From the NCBI GenBank assembly GCA_002433895.1, contig DJJA01000001.1:15438-79437 (forward strand): a DNA stretch of 64,000 nucleotides. The letters run 5' to 3'. Positions 10,672-19,636 of this stretch are shown in pieces. Below the pieces are notes generated by a model. The model did not search any database, was not told the DNA's origin, and saw only the letters and a list, made by a program, of their open reading frames with translations. This DNA is from Candidatus Gottesmanbacteria bacterium UBA6580. Lineage in GTDB: Bacteria; Patescibacteriota; Microgenomatia; UBA10105; UBA927. Made by a program: the position numbers and the translations under genes. How positions within the stretch are numbered: the first letter of the stretch is position 1; each line of letters starts with the position of its first letter.

Positions 10672-11468
10672 AAAAATATTTTTCAGTCGTCATTTTGCTC
10701 GTTTTATTCCTCGTAAGCCTCCGCTTTGATACGACCAAGGTACAAGCCGCCTGTAATTGGACGCCATCCAACGGCACGGTAACTGCCACCACCTGTGGCA
10801 TTGACGGTCAATCCAGCGAGGCGTACGACTATTCAGCAGGAACTGATGACGCGTCAAATGGTGTGACCCTGGTCATTCCTAATGGTGTCACCGTAACCCT
10901 CAATACCGGTTCCGTCGGAACCCCTACGACGTTGTTTGTTGGCTCTATCAGCATTACCGGCACCGGATCGCTGGTTGCCTCCTCCAATTATGTTCAAATC
11001 AGGAGTGGATACAAATGTTATGTAACCGATGCAGATGCAGACGGCTATAGCCCAGCACCCAATACCTGCTACGATTCTCCAGCTGCAGGCAGAATACGTA
11101 AATTTTCTTCAGGGTTTCACCTAGGAACAGACTGTGGTGATAGTGCAAATGCAGCCTACCCTGGATCCACGACACCGCGGGGCGTAACGTTTACCAATGG
11201 TGTTAACCCATCATTGACCGGTGACTGGAACTGTGATGGTGTAGAAACAAAAACATACCCCACTGCAACCTATACCTGCAGCGCATGTACCAATGGCTCC
11301 GGCTATGCCAGTTATCGTAATACGACAAACGGGTTTCTCACCACGGTACCTAACTGCGGCGCTTCCGGCACTTACTACACCGTAACCAACTCTACGTGCC
11401 GGGATCCGGCAGTGGCAAACTGCAGCACCAGTGTTTCCACCTCTACGGTAACCCAGACCTGCCTGTAA
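10668..11468 (+). CDS. Secreted Cys-rich protein with a MopE-like putative metal-binding motif
   Basis: Signal peptide ending VQA. DADADGY...DCGDSANAAYPG...DWNCDG resembles the DCDD...YPG...DxxCDG motif. Confidence 0.7.
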   Translation: MKKYFSVVILLVLFLVSLRFDTTKVQAACNWTPSNGTVTATTCGIDGQSSEAYDYSAGTDDASNGVTLVIPNGVTVTLNTGSVGTPTTLFVGSISITGTGSLVASSNYVQIRSGYKCYVTDADADGYSPAPNTCYDSPAAGRIRKFSSGFHLGTDCGDSANAAYPGSTTPRGVTFTNGVNPSLTGDWNCDGVETKTYPTATYTCSACTNGSGYASYRNTTNGFLTTVPNCGASGTYYTVTNSTCRDPAVANCSTSVSTSTVTQTCL

Positions 11469-11744
11469 AAGGACGACAACAATCCCATTGCTATTGATCT
11501 CACCAATATATAATTTGGCACGCATGGTGTGACGGATATACCTCCATTGCGAGCATATGGATCATAGAGGCATACCGGAGTACAACACCAATAGTACACG
11601 AGCGAAACTCAAATCCGTCAAAACCACCCGTTTACCTTAAAACTAGCGGTACTATACTTAGTGGAATACGTAAGAGAAGGTACATGTACGGCCTACCAAT
11701 GATGCCTACAAACGAGTTTGAGAAGATCACGGTACAACAATTAC

Positions 11745-12281
11745 TCACTCAGAACACACCGCGTAGTCAGAGCCTGATAACCCGCTGCATATAGCGCCAC
11801 AGCGCGACCATGAGGCAGCGATCTCCGCGTCGGACACGTTCTCCAGCGATCCCTTTAGACAAAAGTCGGCACCGCTGTTTGCATCATTATAAAACATGCT
11901 GGTTCCTAACTCTCCCGGAAATTTTGTCATATACACCGTCTCACAGCCCGTACCTCCTGCCGCAAAATCCACCGAACATCCAGCAGGGCACAATGTATCA
12001 CCGTCAGCACCACACCCTGCAATATAATTTAACTTGCCCACGCCGCCATTTTGAGAAGCGGGATAGATTTTATAATCGTTATAATACAACTGCAATGCTG
12101 TTTTGAGCTGGTTTAATTCACCTTTCCTCCGCGCGTCACGCGCCCTGGTTCTTGCTCCCAAAAAATTTGGCAAAGCCAATCCGATAATCGTTGCGATTAC
12201 CGCGATGGCCACGAGCAGTTCTATGAGACTAAAACCATCTATTTTGTTTCGTTTATTAGTATTAGATATCGTTTTTTTCAT
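11745..12281 (-). CDS. Type IV pilin / GspG-like prepilin
   Basis: Class III signal G|FSLIELLVAIAVIATII followed by ARDARRKGELNQLKTALQLYYND. Confidence 0.92.
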   Translation of the reverse strand: MKKTISNTNKRNKIDGFSLIELLVAIAVIATIIGLALPNFLGARTRARDARRKGELNQLKTALQLYYNDYKIYPASQNGGVGKLNYIAGCGADGDTLCPAGCSVDFAAGGTGCETVYMTKFPGELGTSMFYNDANSGADFCLKGSLENVSDAEIAASWSRCGAICSGLSGSDYAVCSE

Positions 12282-12292
12282 GTTTGATATGT

Positions 12293-12823
12293 TTAAGGGG
12301 TAGTGTTACTACTGCTTATGCCATACGTACACGCGACCGCGCTATCCAATGAGCAATCGGTGCCAGTGTATCCAGATTGATTAACATTGTCGCCTTCATC
12401 CAGCGTATTTTCCAGTTTAGCATAAATTCTGTAGGAATCCGTTCCCGCCTCATAGAAATATGTTTGGCTACTCAAGGGATCTTCCGGAGTAAGCACCATA
12501 TACAAGGTTCCGTTGGTGTCTTTAAATTGCCCGCCCCACTCACATACTTGAACATCACCACACCCGGGACTCGCGCAACAACCGACCATCTCACCCGCAC
12601 TATTACTTGTTGGATACCGGCCTTTATCACTGTAGTATGTCTCAAGCGCGGTCGTCAGATTGCGCAAATCATTTTTCCGCCGGTTATCGCGGCCGCGGCG
12701 CGAACTCGATGCATACGTACCGGTTGCGATAGCCACAAGTACTGCAAGTATCACCATAACAATCAACAATTCCATTAATGTGAAGCCGTCTCGATAACGT
12801 AATTTTTTCATCATATCTTTCAT
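12293..12823 (-). CDS. Type IV pilin / GspG-like prepilin
   Basis: G|FTLMELLIVMVILAVL...RDNRRKNDLRNLTTALETYYSD. The start is one of the ATGs at 12811-12838, not 12937, which would overlap the upstream pilin. Confidence 0.9.
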   Translation of the reverse strand: MKDMMKKLRYRDGFTLMELLIVMVILAVLVAIATGTYASSSRRGRDNRRKNDLRNLTTALETYYSDKGRYPTSNSAGEMVGCCASPGCGDVQVCEWGGQFKDTNGTLYMVLTPEDPLSSQTYFYEAGTDSYRIYAKLENTLDEGDNVNQSGYTGTDCSLDSAVACTYGISSSNTTP

Positions 12824-12839
12824 AGTATAGCTCATCATA

Positions 12840-13562
12840 TTATTGCGCACACCAATAACTTGCGCTACCGCATAATCCCTGACAGTCTGATTCAGCAAAG
12901 GACCGGGGACACCCGTAACTTGCAGGATCACCGACATTATTACATGTTCCAGGGCTCACCACCTGACCACCTGAAAGCGTTCCCGGGCGGCAGGCGTATG
13001 GCCCGTCATACGCGGGTGTAGGCGTTAATGAAGGCGTCGGTGTGGTGCCTGGTACAAACCCGGGAGCCGTTACAGTCGTGCCGGTCGCCAAACAGTAATT
13101 CCAATACGCGCCCCATCCGCACCCTTGTTCTGCATGACAGCCAAGCGTCGTAATATCGGGATCCGCCCAATCCTGCAACTTGGTGCAGACCCGGTTTCCA
13201 AGACATACATTCGTCTCGCTATCCGGCTGGTATAAATACGGCTCCTGGGTCGTAGGATCGCAGGGAATTTTATCTAAATACGGACTCAATGCGTTACCTT
13301 CGCAACTGTTAAGAATTTCCATAGAAGGATAACAATTATTGTCGTTATAGTACTCTTCAAATGCCCGCCTGATATTGGCGATATCAGTTTTCCGTTGGGC
13401 GTCCTGCGCGCGGAAAACGCTCCGTTTCCAATTAACCAACAAAAATAATACTGCGAGGATGGCGATAATAACGATGACAATAAGCAACTCCGCAAGCGTC
13501 CAGCCGGCCTGAGGTGATCGGCGGGCGTGCTTTACGAGGTGGGCAGACAGGATCCGTTTCAT
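12840..13562 (-). CDS. Type IV pilin-like protein with PT linker and C-terminal Cys-rich module
   Basis: G|WTLAELLIVIVIIAIL (Glu+5 retained), DAQRKTDIANIRRAFEEYYND, TTPTPSLTPTP linker, Cys-rich tail. Confidence 0.88.
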   Translation of the reverse strand: MKRILSAHLVKHARRSPQAGWTLAELLIVIVIIAILAVLFLLVNWKRSVFRAQDAQRKTDIANIRRAFEEYYNDNNCYPSMEILNSCEGNALSPYLDKIPCDPTTQEPYLYQPDSETNVCLGNRVCTKLQDWADPDITTLGCHAEQGCGWGAYWNYCLATGTTVTAPGFVPGTTPTPSLTPTPAYDGPYACRPGTLSGGQVVSPGTCNNVGDPASYGCPRSFAESDCQGLCGSASYWCAQ

Positions 13563-13583
13563 CGCAAATACCTTTCGTCCTCT

Positions 13584-13641
13584 AGTATGGCAAAACTATA
13601 GAACAAACACAATGAGACGCACTACTGCCATATGGTACACT
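13584..13641. promoter_or_regulatory. Divergent sigma70-type promoters between the pilin operon and the O-OTase-like gene
   Basis: Minus strand: TTGTGT-17-CATACT (-10 at 13589-13584) followed by GAAAGG before the pilin ATG. Plus strand: extended -10 TGGTACACT at 13633-13641. Confidence 0.5.
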
Positions 13642-13670
13642 ACGTTCATAATTATCATAATCTGTTTGCT

Positions 13671-15665
13671 ATGATCTTCTTTTTTGCTTTCCTCTTTCTT
13701 TCATTCTTGATGCCACACGATCAGGAGTTATATCTTGAGTTTTACTGGGCAGCCGTGCTTCTCATCCTCCTGGGATATCGTATATTTATCCAACAAAAAG
13801 CGCTCGTTTTGCCCCGCACGTTATTATTGCTGTGGGGAACAACCCTTCTTGGATTAATAATCACGGCGGCGGCGTCACGGAGTATCGCCAGCTCACTTGC
13901 TGTTTTCGTCCGGTATTTCGAAGGGGCAATTATATTTTTTCTCGCACTAGATAATCGTGCACATCACCATACGACACCCACCGTCACGAAGGCACTCCTG
14001 GCGACAGGGAAAGCCACGATACTTACTTTTTTTCTCCTTATCTGCTTCCCGTTTGTTTCGCAAGTTATCCCCCCGTATAACGGCATCCTGGCCGCAAACG
14101 GGCATCATCCAATCGCGCATTTCCTCGTCGCCCTCGTTCCCGTTATAACGCTACTCTCGCTCCCCCGGGGTGCGAAACGATATATACATTACTTTCTGGT
14201 ATTCCTAGCTCTCATTCTCAGTGCAGCAAGAGGCGCATGGATTGTCGTAGCAGCATTTCTCACATTCCGATCCACACAAATCAAAACAATATCCCATCAG
14301 TTTTTTACTTTCACGGTAATCGGCCTATTTATCACCGCTTTTTCCGGCATGTTTTGGCTATCACTACTGCCTTACGAACAAAAGCTGAATGTAGTAGAGA
14401 CCTATCCCCGGCTTAGCATGTTTGTGAAAGAGAGTAACCACACCTTGCGGTTTGGCTACATACAAGAAGCGGTACACGCGCTACGGGATAAACCATTATT
14501 GGGGCACGGACCGGGCACATTCCACCTCCTTTCACGTCTCTATGCCGCATCACCGGCTTCGTACGCGCGCTTTACCCACTCACTCCCCTTTGAAATTCTC
14601 GCTGAAAACGGATTTGCCGGCACCATTCCTATCGCAGTGCTTTTTGGCACGGTCTTTTTATCGTTGTTGTCAATTATACGGATCTCAACAGACACACCGC
14701 GCGCCGCGCTTGCATGGAGCGCACTTCTCCTTCTTTATTATAGTGTCATTGAAACAACACTCAACAACCTCTCTATCTGGCTCCTATTCTGGGCAATCAG
14801 CGGTCATGTGGTCCCGTATGTGGCACGCGTAAATCAACGATTATCAGAGACCGTGTCTTTTATCATGTTGTTCGTATTATTAGCGTTCATTGCAAGCTAC
14901 GGGGTAACGCGCGTGTTTTCCAGCAGGCTTACCCTCACTCAATCAGTTGCCATCGCTCCGTATTTCAAAAGCAATATCCTGCAGGAAATCACGACCGCCG
15001 GTACACAGGAAGTGAAAAGGAACGCACCAAATATTCTCGCGTGGCACAGTAAGGATCCGGATATGTATCATGCCCTTGCCCGGACGGCTAATCCGTTTGT
15101 TGCCGAAAAATACTATATGAAAGCGTTAGACTATGACCCACATAATAATGGCTACCTCAAAGAATACCTCGCGCTCCTTATAGATAATGATAAAAGCAAC
15201 CAAGTCGGGGCCACCATGTGCCGTTTTTCTCAATCAGACCCACGGATGAAATCCAACACACTTTGCGGGTATCTTCGTGGAGAGTCATTTACCCGCTACA
15301 GCAATACCGAATCATTTTATTCTGCGCTCAACTATCTCCAAGGTACAGATGGCAAGGCAAAATTTTATTATTTTCTAGGCCTTTCGGTTTTTCATACACA
15401 ACAGGATATTGATGGTGCCACACTCTTATGGCACACCGCCCGCGATATCGCTCCGGAATGGGGATTTTACCACCTCGAGCTTGCGAGTGCGTATTACTAT
15501 TGGCATAAAAACGAAGAAATGGCAGACGCAGCACTGCTGGCGTGCATACAAAACGCATACGCGAAATCAGGATGCAGAAAAGCAGTGTCTGATCTCACTG
15601 ACCTACTCGAGCCCGGACTGCGGGCTCCGGATATCATAGCAATACCTGCAATACTCCCCCAATGA
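13671..15665 (+). CDS. O-antigen ligase (Wzy_C) family / candidate O-oligosaccharyltransferase with C-terminal TPR-like region
   Basis: Multi-TM protein with SAARGAW, RFGYIQEA...PLLGHGPGTF...HSLPFEILAENG, and TPR-like helices (YYMKALDYDPHN). Start moved from 13632, which lies inside the -10 box, to ATG 13671. Confidence 0.8.
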   Translation: MIFFFAFLFLSFLMPHDQELYLEFYWAAVLLILLGYRIFIQQKALVLPRTLLLLWGTTLLGLIITAAASRSIASSLAVFVRYFEGAIIFFLALDNRAHHHTTPTVTKALLATGKATILTFFLLICFPFVSQVIPPYNGILAANGHHPIAHFLVALVPVITLLSLPRGAKRYIHYFLVFLALILSAARGAWIVVAAFLTFRSTQIKTISHQFFTFTVIGLFITAFSGMFWLSLLPYEQKLNVVETYPRLSMFVKESNHTLRFGYIQEAVHALRDKPLLGHGPGTFHLLSRLYAASPASYARFTHSLPFEILAENGFAGTIPIAVLFGTVFLSLLSIIRISTDTPRAALAWSALLLLYYSVIETTLNNLSIWLLFWAISGHVVPYVARVNQRLSETVSFIMLFVLLAFIASYGVTRVFSSRLTLTQSVAIAPYFKSNILQEITTAGTQEVKRNAPNILAWHSKDPDMYHALARTANPFVAEKYYMKALDYDPHNNGYLKEYLALLIDNDKSNQVGATMCRFSQSDPRMKSNTLCGYLRGESFTRYSNTESFYSALNYLQGTDGKAKFYYFLGLSVFHTQQDIDGATLLWHTARDIAPEWGFYHLELASAYYYWHKNEEMADAALLACIQNAYAKSGCRKAVSDLTDLLEPGLRAPDIIAIPAILPQ

Positions 15666-16534
15666 AATACCCAACCCTCTCTATCATCACCGTGACAAAA
15701 AACAGATCCAAACTGTTATATATTGCGCTTACTTCACTCATGGGGCAATGCTTACCGGGAGACGAAATTATCGTTGTGGATGCCTCTACTGATGACACGC
15801 CTGCGGTAGTCGCGCACCTCGCCAAAAAACTCCCTATCGTGTACGTACGCTATCTCAAAAAAGGTTATCCTGCTTTTTACAACAAAGCTGCCCGGCGCGC
15901 CAAGGGTGATATCCTCGTTTTTTTTGACGACGACTGCAAAGCCTCCCCAGCATTCCTTTCCCGTATCAGACAAGCCCATAGAAAACATCCAAACGCCGTC
16001 ATCCAGGGGCTCACGCACAGCGTCCCCCGCGGCAATCTATATGTCGATATTATGGGCGACCACTATAATAACTGGCTTGCCACAATGTCACTATCCAAAA
16101 ATACGCTTAAAACATTTGACAGCAAAAACGCGTCCATACCCCGTGCGTTATTTTGGAAATATGGAGGGCTATCGCCGCGCATGCACCGGGGAAGTGAAGA
16201 TATTGAGCTCGGATTACGCCTCAGACGGGCGGGTGTCACTATTTATCTCGACCGGTCTATCGTCGCCTCCCATCACGAGCGGACTACGCTTCATGGATTT
16301 CTTTTTCAACATCGGCGGTTTGCGGCAAGTGAAGGGTATCTTGATAAGATATTACCTCCATCCGAACGCCTTGGCGTTATCCCCCCAAAAAAACTCCTGC
16401 TCCATATTCGAAGTTTTTTTCGCCGGGAGGTCAATTTCATACAGCATGGTAAATGGAAAGAGGCTATCGGTCATGTACTTCTCTATATAGCTCTTGCATG
16501 TATAAGAATTTGGGGGTACGCTAGGCATCGATGA
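15662..16534 (+). CDS. Glycosyltransferase family 2
   Basis: LSIITVTKNR, EIIVVDASTD, FFDDDC, SEDIELGLRL. Confidence 0.9.
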   Translation: MKYPTLSIITVTKNRSKLLYIALTSLMGQCLPGDEIIVVDASTDDTPAVVAHLAKKLPIVYVRYLKKGYPAFYNKAARRAKGDILVFFDDDCKASPAFLSRIRQAHRKHPNAVIQGLTHSVPRGNLYVDIMGDHYNNWLATMSLSKNTLKTFDSKNASIPRALFWKYGGLSPRMHRGSEDIELGLRLRRAGVTIYLDRSIVASHHERTTLHGFLFQHRRFAASEGYLDKILPPSERLGVIPPKKLLLHIRSFFRREVNFIQHGKWKEAIGHVLLYIALACIRIWGYARHR

Positions 16535-16986
16535 AACCCCGGATCGGCATCATCACATCAAAGGGAGGGCACGTCTATCAAATGCACCGCCTAAAACCCT
16601 GGTGGAGCAAGTACGATCACTTTTGGGTAACATTTTCCGGTGAAGATGTCGCTTCGCTGCTCAAAAAGGAACGTGTTTATTACGGCTATTATCCAGAAAC
16701 CAGGAATATGTATAACGCCATCCGGCACCTGGGTCTCGCATGGCACATCCTCCGTACAGAACGCCCCACGCTCCTCATTAGCTGCGGCGCAGGAATCGCG
16801 CCGCCATTTTTTATTATCGGCAAATTACTCGGCATAAAAACGGTATTTATCGAAGTATTCGACCTTCTCAAACACCCCAGTCTTACCGGTCGCATCCTTT
16901 CACCTTTTGTCGATCATATACTCGTGCAACATCCTACTCAAAAAAAATTTTATCCACGCGCGCACTATAAAGGAGCGATATTATGA
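16531..16986 (+). CDS. Alg14/PssD/CpsF-like glycosyltransferase subunit
   Basis: SKGGHVYQM, FWVTF, ERPTLLISCGAGIAPPF, VFIE, PSLTGR. Confidence 0.9.
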   Translation: MKPRIGIITSKGGHVYQMHRLKPWWSKYDHFWVTFSGEDVASLLKKERVYYGYYPETRNMYNAIRHLGLAWHILRTERPTLLISCGAGIAPPFFIIGKLLGIKTVFIEVFDLLKHPSLTGRILSPFVDHILVQHPTQKKFYPRAHYKGAIL

Positions 16987-17123
16987 CCGTGTGGTAGAAT
17001 TTCGGCACGCTTTAGTTCATTGCGTATTATATGGATAATCTAAACAATATGGGATATATACAAAGAAAGGAGACTGAAATTTTGCCAGCGTCATAACGCA
17101 ATGGCCGAAATTTCACTACCCGG
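16987..17123. mobile_element. 137-bp MITE-like/structured insert with 20-bp imperfect terminal inverted repeats, flanked by TATGA direct repeats
   Basis: Left arm CCGTGTGGTAGAATTTCGGC (16987-17006) pairs with right arm GCCGAAATTTCACTACCCGG (17104-17123) at 18/20 positions, including 2 G-U. TATGA occurs at 16982-16986 and 17124-17128. Confidence 0.55.
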
Positions 17124-17124
17124 T

Positions 17125-17610
17125 ATGATACTGGTAACGGTCGGTTCTACGCTGTTTCCCTTTCAACGGATGACAACCCTTGTCGAACATCTTATACATA
17201 TCCGCCCGGCAAATGAAAAAATTATCTTTCAATATGGTCACACACCACCCCACTTTCTGGATCCTGAAATAGAACCACACGCGTTCATTCCACACCGAAA
17301 ACTTATAGAGTATATGAGGCAGTCGCGAGTCATTATTTGTCATGGCGGACCAGCGACCATCTATCAAGCGCTTTCATTTGGCAAAATCCCATGGGTGCTC
17401 CCCCGGCAAAAACACTACGGTGAACACCTTAATGATCATCAGGTAGATTTTGCCAAGTTTATGGCAAACCACGGCCTTATCCGCGTGGTAACCCCAAAAA
17501 CATCACTTATAAATATCGTTACCGCTGCCGATAGCATTGACCCGATACAAAAGAAAAATCCAGCGCTTATCCGCTATTTAGATACATTGGTTCATCAAGT
17601 GGCAAAATAA
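17125..17610 (+). CDS. Alg13/PssE/CpsG-like glycosyltransferase (GT28 C-terminal type)
   Basis: MILVTVGS...F.RM, QYG, IICHGGPATI, PRQKHYGEHLNDHQ. The family N-terminus matches ATG 17125. Confidence 0.9.
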   Translation: MILVTVGSTLFPFQRMTTLVEHLIHIRPANEKIIFQYGHTPPHFLDPEIEPHAFIPHRKLIEYMRQSRVIICHGGPATIYQALSFGKIPWVLPRQKHYGEHLNDHQVDFAKFMANHGLIRVVTPKTSLINIVTAADSIDPIQKKNPALIRYLDTLVHQVAK

Positions 17611-17723
17611 GCCTCATATACCCTTCTCTATCGCGCCCGCTTTCACTGCGGCGCACAGATGATATACTCAGTTATCAGACAGGGATAGCGCCCACTATTC
17701 CTCCCTCTCTGTAATACATCACT

Positions 17724-18737
17724 ATGGTAGACACGCAGCACCAACTACCCAAAAGCGCATTTATTTCCGTGACGCTGTTATGCAACTCCCGTTGTATCCA
17801 CTGCGACATCTGGAAAAACCGCGGGCTCGATTTTTTACCGGTATCGATCTATAAAAAACTACCCCCGTCGCTTGAAATGGTCGATATTACGGGTGGTGAA
17901 CCGTTCCTACGGAATGATATCCCCGAAATTGTCAGGATAATCCGGAAGCGTTGTCCCAAAGCGCGGATATTGATCACAACAAACGGATTTCTGCCGGAAA
18001 AAATCAAAAAATACGCGCCGACCATCGTTACCTACGATCCTGCCATAGCATTCCGCCTTTCCCTTGACGGATGGGGGGAAACCCACGAAAAAGTCAGGGG
18101 CATACCACAAGCGTTTGAAAAAGTTATGCAATCGGTAGCCATCCTCAAAGAAGCGGGCGTAACAGACATTGGCCTTACATTCACCCTCATGGCAATTAAT
18201 CAGCACGAACTGAAATCCGTCTTCACTTATTGCAAAAAAGAAAAACTCGCATTCTCTTTAAATGTGGTCCATGACTCCCCGATCTACTTTGGCAAAGGGA
18301 AAATGCGGCTGCAGCCACAACCAAAAAGTGTAAAAAAAGACTTTGATTATTTGTTTTCTGCACAAATGAAAAGCATCAACCCCAAAGATTGGGGGAAGGC
18401 ATGGTTTAACCGGTATTCGTATGAATATATGCTGCACCACCGCCGCCCATTACCCTGTGGAGCGGGAGAAAACTTTTTTTATATGGATCCGTTCGCCAAT
18501 ATATTTATGTGTCAAATCAAAAATTGGCCTATTGGAAACTTGCAAAAACAATCATTTGAACAAATATGGTATTCAAAGCCAAAACAAAAGTTTCTTCCTG
18601 CAGCCCACGCGTGCAATGACTGTTGGATAGTGTGTACGGCAAAAGACGCTATTAAAAAAAACAAACTCAAAGTAGGCGCTGACATCATATCGCTTATTGC
18701 CACAGGCAAACCCATGTTGTCACCCCATGAACCATGA
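17724..18737 (+). CDS. Radical SAM protein with SPASM/twitch domain
   Basis: CNSRCIHC (CxxxCxxC), ITGGEPFLR, SLDG, and C-terminal CGAG...MC...CNDCWIVC. Confidence 0.9.
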   Translation: MVDTQHQLPKSAFISVTLLCNSRCIHCDIWKNRGLDFLPVSIYKKLPPSLEMVDITGGEPFLRNDIPEIVRIIRKRCPKARILITTNGFLPEKIKKYAPTIVTYDPAIAFRLSLDGWGETHEKVRGIPQAFEKVMQSVAILKEAGVTDIGLTFTLMAINQHELKSVFTYCKKEKLAFSLNVVHDSPIYFGKGKMRLQPQPKSVKKDFDYLFSAQMKSINPKDWGKAWFNRYSYEYMLHHRRPLPCGAGENFFYMDPFANIFMCQIKNWPIGNLQKQSFEQIWYSKPKQKFLPAAHACNDCWIVCTAKDAIKKNKLKVGADIISLIATGKPMLSPHEP

Positions 18738-19636
18738 AAAGCACGCCGACTATCAGCGTTGTCATCCTTACCAGCGACCGCCCGCACCTTTTGGAAAAGG
18801 CGCTTACCTCTATCCACCGCCAACAAACGCAGCCAATTGAAGTGGTTATTGTCGATGGCTCAACCCGCTTCCACAAAGAAACAGTCGCGGTCATCAAAGC
18901 GCATACCAACACCCTACACATCATCAAACGGAATACGAAGCACTCAATCCCCTATGGTCGCACCCTGGGCGCCAAAACCGCACACGGTGACATCGTTGTG
19001 TATCTGGATGATGACTGCGTGGCACATGAACAGTATCTGCAAAAATTTCAACAGCATTTTAAACGCGACCCTGACCTCACTGCCGTTATCGGCCGCATAA
19101 AAAACGCTCACGAAAACAATGTCTATGCGGCAACACAATTTGCATACTACCACCGGGGACTGAACCATTTTTTCCCCGGGCTAAAACAGGCAGCTCCCCT
19201 TCTCTGGGGGAGAATACTCGATTGCGAAGTAATGGGGATCAGACGGTCTACACTGCTTTCCTTTGGATTTCCTGAGCGGCACCGCAGATATAGAAATGAC
19301 GATGTGGAACTCGGTCTTCGGCTCATAAAAGCAGGAAAATCCGTGTTCTTTGATCCCACAATCATCGCGTATGCGACCCCAAGGGTTGCGTTGGCACCGC
19401 TTTGGACAGCCGCGTTTTGGAACGGATATTCTGACGCCTGTACCGCGCACCTTTATCACGTCAATCTGAAAGAGGCGCCATACCCTACTTTTTTTCCGGT
19501 ATGGTTTATTCATGAGCTATACTCAAAAACATCATTCGGGATGACGAAAAAAATGTGGTACGCGCTGCTCCTCCTGCTATTCCCAATAGTCTCTCGCCTG
19601 GGTAAAGTGTGGTATCACCTACATCGATTTATATGA
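18734..19636 (+). CDS. Glycosyltransferase family 2
   Basis: ISVVILTSDR, VVIVDGS, YLDDDC, DDVELGLRL. Confidence 0.9.
   Translation: MKSTPTISVVILTSDRPHLLEKALTSIHRQQTQPIEVVIVDGSTRFHKETVAVIKAHTNTLHIIKRNTKHSIPYGRTLGAKTAHGDIVVYLDDDCVAHEQYLQKFQQHFKRDPDLTAVIGRIKNAHENNVYAATQFAYYHRGLNHFFPGLKQAAPLLWGRILDCEVMGIRRSTLLSFGFPERHRRYRNDDVELGLRLIKAGKSVFFDPTIIAYATPRVALAPLWTAAFWNGYSDACTAHLYHVNLKEAPYPTFFPVWFIHELYSKTSFGMTKKMWYALLLLLFPIVSRLGKVWYHLHRFI

Noticed and set aside
11469-11744. Intergenic region as tRNA, tmRNA, SRP or RNase P RNA
   Set aside because: No cloverleaf, T-loop, CCA end or other diagnostic motif was recognised.
12841-12937. Long leader of the middle pilin
   Set aside because: It overlaps the upstream pilin in another frame; nearer ATGs give a typical short basic prepilin leader.
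11516-17024. TGGCACG/CGGCACG...TTGC as sigma54 promoters
   Set aside because: The spacing between GGCACG and TTGC is 24 and 10 nt, not the strict 4 nt required.
11557-17096. Small ORFs at 11557 and 17031 as type I toxins
   Set aside because: The peptides are hydrophilic with no TM helix, and no antisense RNA is evident.
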